This document shows, in pieces, positions 15,685-26,957 of a DNA stretch of 64,000 nt. How positions within the stretch are numbered: the first letter of the stretch is position 1; every line of letters starts with the position of its first letter. A program made the translations under genes and the position numbers. This DNA is from the human T2T-CHM13v2.0 reference genome, Homo sapiens: assembly GCF_009914755.1 (NCBI RefSeq), contig NC_060926.1. One strand, given 5' to 3'. The notes below the pieces were generated by a model. The model searched no databases. It saw only the letters and a program-made list of their open reading frames with translations, and was not told where the DNA came from.

Positions 15685-17118
15685 TCAGTCGTCGGAGATG
15701 GAGAGGCGGCTGAAGATTGGCAGGCGGCGGCCAGGGTCGAGGCTGGGAGACTCAGAGCCGCTGAGGCTGCCGGAGCTCAGGGAGCCGCTTAGGTAGCTGT
15801 CGCGGTCCGACAGCGAGTCCGGGGGGCTGGGGGGCGCGTCGAACACGGGCGAGTCGGACAGGCGGCGCGGCAGCTGGAAGCTGAAGGGCGGCGAGGGAGG
15901 TGCGGCGGCCCCGGCGGGGAGGGTCGCGCTGGGCGGCGCCGGCGGCTGCGCGGGGGGCGCCAGGCCCTGCTGCTGCTGCTGCTGCTGACTGCGGTAGTAG
16001 GCGGCGGCGGCCACGGCGGCAAAGTTGTGGGTCTGGATGGCGAGCGGCGTGATGAGGCTGCTGAGCTCCGGACCGAAGGCGAAGGCGTTGTTGGCGCACG
16101 AGGCCGACGAGCAGGCCGCGCACGGGGCCCCCGGCGCCAGCAGGTCCTCGGCGCCCCCGGTGCCGTACAGCAGAGCGGCCGCAGCCGCGGCCGCCGCGGA
16201 GGCGCAGCATGTCGGGGCGCCCGAGGGCGTGGAGGCCGCGGAGGCCGAGGAACAGGAGGAGGCGGAGGAGGAGCAGGACGAGGCCGAAGAGCAGGAGGGC
16301 GGCGGCGGCGTGCGCGACGTGGGGCTGTCGAGCAGCAGCGGCGACTCGAGGCCGCCCGGGGGCTGATGGTGGCCCGACGGGAAGCCCGAGAAGCTGAGGC
16401 TGTGGTGCAACTTGGGCCGCGGCTCCCGCGGGAAGCCCAGGTGCAACGCATCGCGCGTGCCAAAGGCACGCAGGTCCCCGGAGGCGCCCCCCGACGGCGC
16501 GGGCCGCCGCTCGTCCGCGTTGTGGATGAAGTGGCAGCGCGGCCCATAGGGGCAGAAGCCGATGGTATGAAAGGTGCGGCACAGCTCGGTCTTGTACTTC
16601 GGATGGCGAGTCAGGCTGCGCAGCTCGTGGAAGCCATGCGCGAACTGGCACTTTTCGCCGTACTTGCACGTGCCGCTCTCCTCGAAGGGCCGGCACAGCT
16701 CGGTCTTGTAGCGCGTGGAGTTGATCTGGGAGCCGCCGCCCCCCTTCTGCTGCTGCTGCAGGTGCAGGAGGTGCTGGCTGCGATCGCCGTTCTCGCTAAA
16801 CGAGCGGTCCCGGAATTTGTTCTCCTTGTTGAGCAGGGCTGTGCCGCCGCCCCCCGACGGCTCCTTAAGGGTGCCGTAGGAGGTCGGACCGCCGGCCGCC
16901 GCGCTGCCGCAGCTGCTGCCGTTAGCGGCGCCCGGGAACTTGGGCGAGCAGCTGCCGGGGCTGGGCGCGGGGTGGGCGAGTGCATGCAGGTTGCTGGCCG
17001 AGTGCCGTCGGAGGAATCCCGGCGCGAAGCCCGAGCTGGGGGCGGCGGCCACAGGCGTCCCCACCGCCTTCTTGTCCAGCATGTTGTTCAGGTTGAGGTT
17101 GGCCAGGGATTTCTCTGT
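15685..17118 (-). CDS. ZFP36L2: ZFP36L2 coding exon 2 (aa 18-494): mRNA decay activator TIS11D/BRF2
   Basis: Pyrimidine tract plus CAG|ACAGAG acceptor; two CX8CX5CX3H fingers led by RYKTEL and KYKTEL; RRHSAS, RDRSFSE and [11 protein letters not shown] phospho-motifs; C-terminal [13 protein letters not shown]; TGA at 15687-15685; 17+477=494 aa. Confidence 0.98.
   Translation of the reverse strand, partial: TEKSLANLNLNNMLDKKAVGTPVAAAPSSGFAPGFLRRHSASNLHALAHPAPSPGSCSPKFPGAANGSSCGSAAAGGPTSYGTLKEPSGGGGTALLNKENKFRDRSFSENGDRSQHLLHLQQQQKGGGGSQINSTRYKTELCRPFEESGTCKYGEKCQFAHGFHELRSLTRHPKYKTELCRTFHTIGFCPYGPRCHFIHNADERRPAPSGGASGDLRAFGTRDALHLGFPREPRPKLHHSLSFSGFPSGHHQPPGGLESPLLLDSPTSRTPPPPSCSSASSCSSSASSCSSASAASTPSGAPTCCASAAAAAAAALLYGTGGAEDLLAPGAPCAACSSASCANNAFAFGPELSSLITPLAIQTHNFAAVAAAAYYRSQQQQQQQGLAPPAQPPAPPSATLPAGAAAPPSPPFSFQLPRRLSDSPVFDAPPSPPDSLSDRDSYLSGSLSSGSLSGSESPSLDPGRRLPIFSRLSISDD
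15967..15987 (-). repeat. ZFP36L2: (CAG)7 encoding polyQ in ZFP36L2
   Basis: ctg x7 on the + strand. Confidence 0.95.
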
Positions 17119-17630
17119 CTGCCAAAGGGAGGGGAGCGGGGAAGGGATGAAAAACGGAAGGGGAAGACAGACTCGGGGCGAGCCGCAGAGGAACTCCCAG
17201 CCTGATTCTTTTCCTTTTTTTCCCCCACTCTTGGCGGATCCCGACTCGGCCTCCACCCTCCACCTATACACGCGCAAAACCAGCAAGATCTTGCTGGACG
17301 GAGCGGGAGAGGGGAGGACGCCCACCGTGGGCCGCGCTGGGTTTCGACACGTGATCCTCCGCCCCGGCTGCCGAGGTGGGCGGCGCGAAGCCTGTCCGGG
17401 AAGCCCCGGGCAGCGTGGCCGCGGTCGGCAGTGGAGAAACTCAACCGCGACACCGGCGCCCTCCTTGCCGCCCTCCCCGCCTCCAGGGCGCTCGGACACT
17501 CTTTTGCAAACCCCGGGACTTTCCCGACCTGAAAGGCAGGGCGGGAGGGGCGTCCCCCAGAACCTGGGGACAGAGGCAAAGTCCAAGAACTACAACGGCT
17601 GCTGCCGGCCGGGCCCGCTCCCTGGCCTAC
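17119..17630 (-). other. ZFP36L2: ZFP36L2 single intron (512 nt, GT-AG, phase 0)
   Basis: GT at 17630-17629 and AG at 17120-17119; splicing joins the two exons in frame. Confidence 0.96.
17515..17524 (+). promoter_or_regulatory. NF-kB site GGGACTTTCC in the ZFP36L2 intron
   Basis: Exact canonical kB decamer. Confidence 0.6.
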
Positions 17631-17681
17631 CTTGCACAAGAAGTCGACATCGTAGAAGGCGGACAGAAGTGTGGTCGACAT
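17631..17681 (-). CDS. ZFP36L2: ZFP36L2 coding exon 1 (aa 1-17, MSTTLLSAFYDVDFLCK)
   Basis: ATG at 17681-17679 (context GAAACATGT); 17 codons, then donor AAG|GTAGG at 17630; recognisable TIS11D N-terminus. Confidence 0.97.
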
Positions 17682-17971
17682 GTTTCTGGATCCCGCAGTG
17701 GCCGGAGCGGCAGGCCGGGAGGTCGGGAGGAGCCCTTGGGGCGGCGTGGCCGGGCTTGAGCCACGACGAATAACGGGCGAGGGGCGGGGAGGGGCCGAAA
17801 GTTTGCCGGGGGGCGAGAGGAGAGGGCGAGTGCAGCGGCGCGGGCCGGCGGGAGGGTCCGGCGGAGTGCGGCAGGGGGGAAGGAGAGAAGCGAGGAGCGC
17901 TCCTCCGCGCCCCGGGGTGCCCGGCCCGCCCCCCCCGCGGAGCCGACGGCAGCTCGCGGACTGCTGGAACT
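17682..17971 (-). other. ZFP36L2: ZFP36L2 5' UTR (GC-rich, no upstream ATG seen); TSS near 17971
   Basis: Inr-like CGAGTTC ~29 nt downstream of the TATA box; TSS inferred. Confidence 0.75.
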
Positions 17972-17994
17972 CGGCGGCCTCCGAGCGCGCGCCC

Positions 17995-18141
17995 TATATA
18001 GAGCCCGGGAGTGCGGCTGCGGCGGGGCGGGCGCGCCGGGGGAGGGGACAGAACTCGGCCCCCGCCGGGGTCTCCAGGCAACGCCGCCCGCCCGCTCGCG
18101 GACGTCAGGCGCCTTCCCGGCCTCCCATTGGCCGCCGCCAA
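17995..18141 (-). promoter_or_regulatory. ZFP36L2: ZFP36L2 core promoter: TATATA (17995-18000), GC boxes, CRE-like TGACGTCC (~18100-18107), two CCAAT boxes in opposite orientation (~18127-18141)
   Basis: Motifs read directly; spacing to the putative TSS is appropriate. Confidence 0.8.
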
Positions 18142-18569
18142 TTTTTTTCCTCCGGGGGAGGGTGCTGGAGGCCTCCGGGCGGGGCCGGCGGCCCGGGCGG
18201 CCGGTGTGGCGTGTAGCTCTCGGCCCCAGTGGATGCCGCCGGGTGGCGGCGGGAAGGCACGGCTGTTCTCCTCCGGGGCTGCGCGGTCGGAGAGCCCCGG
18301 TACGTTTAGCGTGGCCGGGATTCTGCAGCCCTGGACGTGTCTTTCCCTGCCCTGTTCTCCGAGGCGGACCTGTGGAGCTTTAAGCTCCCACCTTCGGTTT
18401 TGTACTGGGCGCGGGAATTGCAAAATGCCAGAATATCGCAACCATCCCCGCGGCCCGGCGGGTTTGCAAAGGGTGCCCCGGCCAGGAGGCGGGGGCTCGG
18501 GGCCTGCGTCCAGTCGGTGGCGGCTCCAGCCCGACTGCACGTGGAGTCGCGGTGGGGGTGGGGGTGGCC

Positions 18570-20220
18570 ACGCGGGCGGCCGCCGCGGCAGTCTTGCCGG
18601 TGGAGCCCGGGCTCGTTTCTCCGCCCCCTCCCCGCCCAGGCTCAGTAAACAGGGCTTGAGCGCCGGGGCCTGCCGGGCAGGGCTGAGTGTCTGAGGACAA
18701 GGCGCTGGCTTTGCTAATCACATCACAAGACCTTGAGCCAGGGCCAAAGGCGCGGAGTGGCGCGGGACGTCCCGGGCGGGGGAGCTGACTCTGAGGACAG
18801 GAGGAAAGGCCGGGAGAGCCGTGCGGGCTTGAAGGCGACTTAGCGCCACCTTTCCGTCTGCTGGTCGGGCCGGCCTTCCCCAGCCCTCTGGGGCTGGGGG
18901 TGCAGCTGCCTGCCGAGGCTCCCCGCCCGGCACAGCCTGGGCCTGTTGCGTCCTCCCAGCCTCTTCCCTCCCCGGCAGTGGGGGCGCCGCGCCCAGCCTT
19001 TGCTCGATGAGGGCTGCAGGATCCGGCTGAGACCAACCCGCGGCGCAGGTGGGGCTGCACAGACGCTGATGGTGGGCGCGCCACCCTCTGTTTTCCCTCA
19101 CTCGCCAGCCCCGCACCCCAACAGCTTGCGCTGGAAAATGCGCTTTGCCAGCGGGCGCCCCGCCTTCGTCCGGGTACGGAGGGGACACTCCCATCTAGCG
19201 CCCAGTGAGGCTAAAGCCGCTGACAGCCCCACTAGGAACGATCTGGAGTCTGGTCTAGGGCACTTCTCCCTCCGCGTTCATACAGGTTGCCACAAAAAGC
19301 TTGGGCCTGAAGCTCGAAGGCCCCGGACCCGCTGGGGAAAGAACTAGGCCTGCCACTCAGGGATTCGAGTCCCTGGAGTGTATCCTGCATTTCCCACTAC
19401 TGTACTCCCCTCATGGCCCAGGGAGCCAGAGTCCAGGGTAAGGATCAGGAATGCTGGGCTGGAGTTCAGGTCCTGCCCCAGAGAAATCATGTGGTCTTAG
19501 GCAAATCACATCATCTCTTTGGTACTTGGGTTTCCTTGTTAAACGAAGATAATATTCTTGCTTTATTCATCTCTCACCTTTGGCAAGGTGCAAATGATAT
19601 CTGTGAAGGTGTTTAAAAGACAAGCAAGAACTAAACCATCTTTATGTATTAAACCAAATTGACAAAAGCGTAAGGGTGGAGAAAGCCTGGCTTCTGAACT
19701 GTGGCCAGATGGACAGAGAGCCACAGAATCATGAGTGCAGAGCTGTGGGGGCACCCAAGTCCTGGACCCTAGGACTCACAGCCAAGAGCAGGTGACCTCA
19801 GAGGGACCAGTTTCACTTTTAGCACCTACCCTACACTGACCCCTTGACATACCTGGGCAACTGTGGTCTGGTTTGTTCTTTGGTGAGATGACCCCAAACA
19901 TCTCACCAAACTGTGAAACAGCCACTTCCCTAGGCACTCCTATTAGGTTAGTAACAAGATTTCAGATACAGAACCAGTGGAAACATCTGTTTGAAACAAC
20001 GTCCAAATCTGGGGTGAGTCCCAGTCAACAGCTGTGAGAACACCCACTTTGCAGATTAGGATTCTGGAGATAACATGTGGACATGTTACGGGACATGCTT
20101 GTGTACAGAGTACCTGCTAGTATAAAATGTCTAATGTAGCTGCTTTTATTTCATTTTAAATGGAGAAAAAAAGAAGTGCTGGCCATTTCCAATGAGCTGG
20201 GCTTTGTTGGGCCAGTTTCA
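18570..20220 (+). ncRNA. LINC01126: Divergent lncRNA head-to-head with ZFP36L2 (probably LINC01126)
   Basis: Recalled annotation of this locus; the sequence shows only a CpG-island start and no convincing ORF; boundaries approximate. Confidence 0.5.
20071..20100. promoter_or_regulatory. Candidate p53/p63 response element
   Basis: GGACATGTTA-cg-GGACATGCTT plus a third ACATGT core. Confidence 0.45.
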
Positions 20221-20411
20221 TTATTATTTTTCTGTGGTTATCACCACATTTATTTTACCAAGTCCCTCACTTCTCACCAGCTAGGTCTTAGAACAAAAAG
20301 TGTTAGGTTGGCAGCTTTCCATCAGGTGTGGGCTACACAGTTTCCTAACTAGGTAATTAATTCAGGATCACAAAAACCACATTTGGGGCCGAGTGGTTGC
20401 AAAACCACCCA

Positions 20412-20421
20412 GGGAATTTCC
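20412..20421 (+). promoter_or_regulatory. NF-kB site GGGAATTTCC
   Basis: Exact consensus; near RUNX motifs. Confidence 0.5.
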
Positions 20422-20534
20422 TGTTCTCTTTAGGACAAAACTTTGGACACTGAGTTAACTTCTTTCCTGCCTCTTCCTACAAAGCCCCTTTCCTATACTT
20501 CCAGTATGGCTGCTTTTTTGTTCTTAAATTCCTT

Positions 20535-20670
20535 TCTTTTAGTGATGGGGTCTTGCTGTGTTACTCAGGCTGGAGTGCAGTGGCCTTTCACAGGCATGAA
20601 CTCCTGGGCGATCCTCCCACCTCAGCCTCCTGAGTAGCTGGGATTACAAGTGTGCACCATCATGCCTGGC
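20535..20670 (-). mobile_element. Alu right-arm fragment
   Basis: Alu consensus match. Confidence 0.8.
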
Positions 20671-21064
20671 TTACAGCTGCATTTTTAGTGTTAGATGGTT
20701 TTCTCTCGAAGAGCGATGAATTACATTTGAAATATGAGCTTTTCTGCAGTAGGAAATGATTGTAAACTCACTCTCCTCTAACCCGCCCCTTCAGACTCTG
20801 TGAAACATCAATGAAATTACTCTAAGTGATCATTTACCTGAGTACTTTTTTTTTTTTACAGACCCTAAAATCTGGAGCAAATTTACATACTATGAAATGT
20901 TTTTTTCAGATCAGTAGGATGAAAAATGAATGCGGATGAAGCTACTACCCTTCCAAAGCTATGATTCTCAAGATAACTATTAGTGGGTAACACTTATTCT
21001 GAAATTATAAATGAAAAATGGTGAGCCAGTGAAAAACTGGACCAGCAGCAAAACGTTTGCAAGA

Positions 21065-21079
21065 GCGCCACCTGCTGGA
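21065..21079 (-). promoter_or_regulatory. CTCF consensus motif (TCCAGCAGGTGGCGC)
   Basis: Matches CCASYAGRKGGCRS exactly. Confidence 0.75.
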
Positions 21080-21161
21080 TGTGTGAGGAAGAGGGCTGGG
21101 CTGGGCTTGAAAAGGAAGAAAATCATTAAGGTTTCTAGATTAAAATCACTGCAAAGGATGT

Positions 21162-21205
21162 GAGAGAGAGAGAGAGAGAGTGAGAGTGTGTGTGTGTGTG
21201 TGTGT
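21162..21205 (+). repeat. (GA)n(GT)n compound microsatellite at an Alu tail
   Basis: Direct reading. Confidence 0.9.
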
Positions 21206-21212
21206 TTGAGTG

Positions 21213-21496
21213 TTTGAGACGAGTCTCACTCTGTCGCCCAGGCTGGAGTGCAGTGGTGCGATCTCGGCTCACTGCAACCTCCGCTTCCCGGGTTCAAGCA
21301 ATTCTCTGCCTCAGCCTCCCGAGTGGCTGGGATTACAGGCGCCCACCACCACGCCCAGCTAATTTTTTTTGCATTTTTTGTAGAGACGGGGGTTTCACCA
21401 TCTTGACCAGGCTGGTCTTGAACTCCTGACCTTGTGATCCACCCGCCTCAGCCTCCCAACATGCTGGGATTACAGGTGTGAAACACCGCGCCCAGC
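21213..21496 (-). mobile_element. AluS
   Basis: Full Alu. Confidence 0.9.
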
Positions 21497-22234
21497 TGAT
21501 AAATGTGTTTAATGGCATTTTAAGTGAGACACTTGTTACTGCCACCAAGCGATAGGTAAACAATGTAGGCACAGAATAAGTCATTTTCTCTGACTCTCCT
21601 TTCCCCAGGTTCCTCCTCACAGCTAAGAGGACGGATATACTTTCACTGGGTGGCAAAATCAGGTTTCCTAGCATTAGCATACTTTTTGGGGGGTAGGGGA
21701 AATGCTCAATGGCTCTTTGAATAATTAGGATGGAATGTGTAGGTCACTGCAGGACTTAACACATGCAGACAATAAAAATAAATTATTTGTGCAAAGTTGA
21801 TCCTGAATTCTCCCAGGATCCAACATTTGGAACATATTTCTGCTTTGCTAAAATGGAACAAAATTCACAAATCTGACCAAATGGGCTGTTTGCCAACTAA
21901 TCCAGCCCCTACATAAAGCCAGAAAAGGGGAGAGGGGAGGGATCATGTGTATGTGCTAAAATCCAACTCTCTGTAGTCATTTCACAGAGAATGCAGGGCG
22001 GCTATGGCAGGGCATTAGAGGCCCTGGGGGATGAAAAAGGCTCATTCAGGCCTGCAGGTGGCCTGCACCTGGGGACAGAGTAAATCTGCAACGGAGTCGC
22101 CTCACTTCCTACAGTAGCAGCAATAAAATAGGCTGCCCTGAATGAGTGAACTGAAGAAAAGTTTCTCTGTAAGGAGTGACAGACGACTGGACTCACAGAA
22201 GTAGGGGAGGCATGAATGGGATAAAATTTTTGAA

Positions 22235-22240
22235 TTTATG
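22235..22240 (-). terminator. THADA: Probable THADA poly(A) signal, non-canonical CATAAA; 3' UTR ~100 nt
   Basis: Only PAS-like hexamer close behind the stop; next minus-strand AATAAA that I see is near 20250. Confidence 0.55.
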
Positions 22241-22313
22241 TTCAACATGTTTCCTGCAGATTTAGTGGAGGAAAAATCCACACATACCCCCATCCCAATC
22301 CCCCAGATTTTCT

Positions 22314-22709
22314 TCAACATGCCGCTTCTGTTCTTGGAAGAGTTAACTGCCTCGATTCTGCATAAGAGTCCCAAACACTGAGAACTAGGGTGTCTTCCCC
22401 TTCCTTTCCTTCCAAAAAGGCCAGCAGCCTCAAGCAAGCCAAAGTCCTTTCCTCTTGAATGCGTAGTCTTGTGAACTCCACTGTCTTCACAAACTCAGCA
22501 GCTGGTGGAAGCTCTCTGAAGAACTGAGACAGGAGGTGGCACTGCTCTGACACCATCCTTTGAAGGTGACAGAGCATCTCAGGGCTTGGGGGACGCCAGC
22601 CGGACTTTGAGAGGAGACAGAAGAGGTGCTTGCAGAGGTATTTCACAAAGATCAGGGTCTCGGCCCAAAAGTTGACTTCTGCTTTTTCAAACAGGTAGTC
22701 TTCTTCCAC
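22314..22709 (-). CDS. THADA: THADA last coding exon (VEEDYLFEKAEVNFWAE...TEAAC*), 131 aa
   Basis: Acceptor TTTAG|GTG at 22711-22710, phase 0; TGA at 22316-22314; recognisable THADA C-terminus. Confidence 0.93.
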   Translation of the reverse strand: MEEDYLFEKAEVNFWAETLIFVKYLCKHLFCLLSKSGWRPPSPEMLCHLQRMVSEQCHLLSQFFRELPPAAEFVKTVEFTRLRIQEERTLACLRLLAFLEGKEGEDTLVLSVWDSYAESRQLTLPRTEAAC

Positions 22710-23487
22710 CTAAATCAGATGAAAAAGCCGAAAGTCAGTCTTACAGGGAATGGTGACAAGCCCCAGTCCAGACCAAGCAGTACCCTGCCAGATGCAAGAG
22801 GGGTTTCCCTTCCCCCACCTGACAGAGGGTGCACTCTTGCCTGTCAACATCCATGTACACACACCACTTGCAGCCTTGAAGGTCACCTTCTATTTTCACT
22901 CACTGTATTTCTCCACCAGAGAGGAATTTTTTCCCCAGACTTAACATGACCTTGGATAAAGATGTGTTTGTGGTTCAAAGTCAAGATACTTTGGGGGATG
23001 GATGCTGAAAAGGGGACTTCAACAAGGGAGTGGGCTCTAGAGTTTAAGGTGCAGCTGGAAATTGGAGAGGAGGGAGGAAAGGTCATCTCTGCAGCAGGCC
23101 AGAGAGGAAGGAATCTCCAAACACAGGACACTAGGCTGTGTCCTGTTTCTATAACACTGTGATTCTCAAGGTCCTTTTGTCAGACACTTACCATGTCTCC
23201 AAATTTCTCATAAAGAGGGACAATGCGTTTTGAACCCTTGGCCTGCTGGGGATGCCAAGAAGGCCAGCTGAGTCAGATGCTGGTGGCGATCAATTTCAGT
23301 TCTCAGGATGCTTTTGCTGCTTGTCTTTGTCCTCAGTTTCCCTATCTGTGACTGCACCCACCCTGGAGGGGGCTAATAATAGTTTTCTTCAAGCAGGAAG
23401 TTCCCAGCAAAGATCCTAATTCTCTGAAAATGCTTCACCCTCAGACCTAACTTTGGGAAGCCCCAGGCTAACTCCAATACTGACTAA

Positions 23488-23843
<356 letters not shown>

Positions 23844-24078
23844 AGGGGCTTCTTTCCGAGTTCTCTCCCCTGGCTAAGCTGGAGGCTGACCATCAGCACC
23901 CCAGAAGTCAGCCTAAGAGTGTCCCCGTGTCCTCGGCAGCACCCAGTGGGTGACTTTCCTAGTGGTTCCTGCTCTGTGTCTAAGCATGCAAAAGCCCAGC
24001 TGAGGCTGTAGGTGCTGCATCTAGCGGGTTTAGGACACTCCAACCCTGCCTCCTACTCCCCTGACACCCCGGGATCAC

Positions 24079-24248
24079 CTGATGCATGCTCTCCACACAG
24101 GCCACGAGGTCATCACTCTCTCCCAACAGCCATCCCAGCAGGATGGGCAGTCCAGGGGCCAACTGGTCCCACTGCTGGAGCAGATCACACAGGACGGCCA
24201 GGGCCAGGGCCAGAGCGATGGAGGCATCCACCTGGCAGAAGGCAAACT
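24079..24248 (-). CDS. THADA: THADA penultimate exon (170 nt; (E)FAFCQVDASIALALALAV...ESMHQ)
   Basis: Acceptor TTTGCAG|AG, phase 1; donor CAG|GTGATC, phase 0; in frame with the last exon. Confidence 0.92.
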
Positions 24249-24664
24249 CTGCAAAGACAGGAGAAAGGTGAGCAATGAATATACTGCTCAGGGCCGACCC
24301 CAGGGCAGCCTGCAGGACCCTGGGAACAATAAAGGCCTCAGGTAAAATCGCTGCCACCAGCCTGGCAGGGAAGCTGGTAGGGTGGGCTCACTGGAGACGA
24401 TTAATCACCTTCTGAATCCTGCTATTTATACTGTTAGAATGAGTCATAGGCCTGAACCCACTGTTTCCATGCCCCCTAACTCAGTGTGGACAGAAGCAGT
24501 TCCATCTGCAGGATTAGAGAGTTATCTCCCCTCTGCTCCTCCAGTGTCACCAGAAGGATCAGGAAGGCTTCCCTGTCCAGTGTCTCCTCTGCACATCTGC
24601 CTGGATTTGACTGGTTTGCCCTTTCCTTGGAAAGCAGATCTCTTGGGCACAAGACACATCCTAG

Positions 24665-24950
24665 AGCAGGGCATCGGCAAGCTTTTCCTTAAAGGGCCAG
24701 AGAGTCAATATTTTAGACTTTGCAAGCCTATACCTCCTCACCTCGGCTGAAAGCAGCCATGGACAATCTGTAAACAAATGGTTGTGGCTGTGTTCCAATA
24801 AAACTTTATTTATGGACACTGAAATTTGAATTTAATGTGTCACAAAATATTATTTTTTCCCAACCAATTAAAAATGTAAAAACCATTGATAGCTCATGGG
24901 CTGTAAAAAGCAGGTGGTAGGCTGCATTTGGCTCCTATTTTGCTGCCCTC
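24665..24950. mobile_element. MER58B-like hAT element
   Basis: aaagggccag...aatattttag; ggctgtgttccaataaaactttatttatggacactgaaatttgaattt. Confidence 0.75.
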
Positions 24951-26039
24951 TGTCTCGGAGTTTTTTGTTTTTGGACCCTTGTTTTCCTGGGTGCTTGGAG
25001 GAAGGGCACTGAAAGAATAGAAGGGTGCAGAAAGAGGAAGCAGGGGGCCTTGGGGAAACCATTGCTTATTTCAACATTTGGCCTTAGACAATCCTAAATA
25101 TGGGTTTGGAGGGAGGCTCAGGGGTGTTGTCACTTCCCCTAACAACTCTGCCCCTCCCATCCCAAACCTGGAGGGTGTCTGAAACACGGGACTGAAAGCC
25201 CACTGCACAATGGACCTCTGTAGGCCCATCTTGCACCAACTGACATTGAAAGGCCTGTCTTTCAATGATGCATTTCTATTGAGCCCTGATCACTCCCAAA
25301 TCCACATCTCTAACTTGAGCACACAGACTTACCCTGACCATCTGGCCCCCGAAAGACTTACTCGGCACACAGGCAGACGACCGAGAATCTGCAACAGCAG
25401 GCTTAGTTCCCGTGGGTGTTGAACCAGGCTTACTGGGATGGCCCCACTGAGGGCCTAGTGAGTGCCAGGCCCTGATCAAATGCTGTCTCCCCAGTCCTTC
25501 TAGCATCCTATGGGTTGGGTATTATGTAACCCACTTGCACACATCAAGAAATTACAGTTGGCAACAAGTTTCATGGTGCATGCAAAGCGCAGATTTGGAG
25601 ACCCAGCATCAACAATCCAGAGGTTTTGATGGTGGGGTCAGCAGGGGTAGTGACCCTGCAGTAGGGCCAGGACTATTCAGAGGTCACACAGCAGCACCTA
25701 GTTGCATGTAAGCAGGTGAAAGTACTGATCTCACCATCTTGAGAGCTCCAGATAAGTCCCCCAGGACACTTGCCCTTTAGTGTCCCCGTTCCCCATGCTG
25801 CTTGCTCTGCAGCCTAGAACCCAGATTTAAACCAGGAAACAGAAAAGGGGAGGGGGTGAAGGTGCATTTTGGCTGTGGGTCTGAGCCATGTGTTGACTGG
25901 GCCTCTACCTACAATACAATCTCCATTTTTACCTCTACCTAACTCCTTTCTGCAGTTCTCAATTGGCTGAGAATCTGTATAGAGAAGGGATAATTAAGTG
26001 GCCTTTTTCTTTCTTTTTTCCCTTCAACTTTTATTGATT

Positions 26040-26957
<918 letters not shown>

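Larger units (their letters stand above)
15490..19340. promoter_or_regulatory. CpG island covering the ZFP36L2 CDS, intron and bidirectional promoter
   Basis: Very high GC and dense CpG compared with the flanks. Confidence 0.92.

Noticed and set aside
15685-17586. 633-aa ORF as the ZFP36L2 protein
   Set aside because: It starts at an intronic TTG; the first 156 aa are translated intron. The real CDS is spliced (494 aa).
16027-17773. Long antisense ORFs (392 aa, 277 aa)
   Set aside because: Shadow ORFs of a GC-rich CDS; low complexity, no recognisable domain.
17590-18540. 316-aa ORF in the same frame as exon 2, separated from the 633-aa ORF by one TAG (stop read-through idea)
   Set aside because: It begins upstream of the TATA box and TSS, has no ATG start, and is explained by GC richness.
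23980-24357. 125-aa ORF as an independent gene
   Set aside because: Only 24079-24248 is exonic THADA; the flanks are intron.
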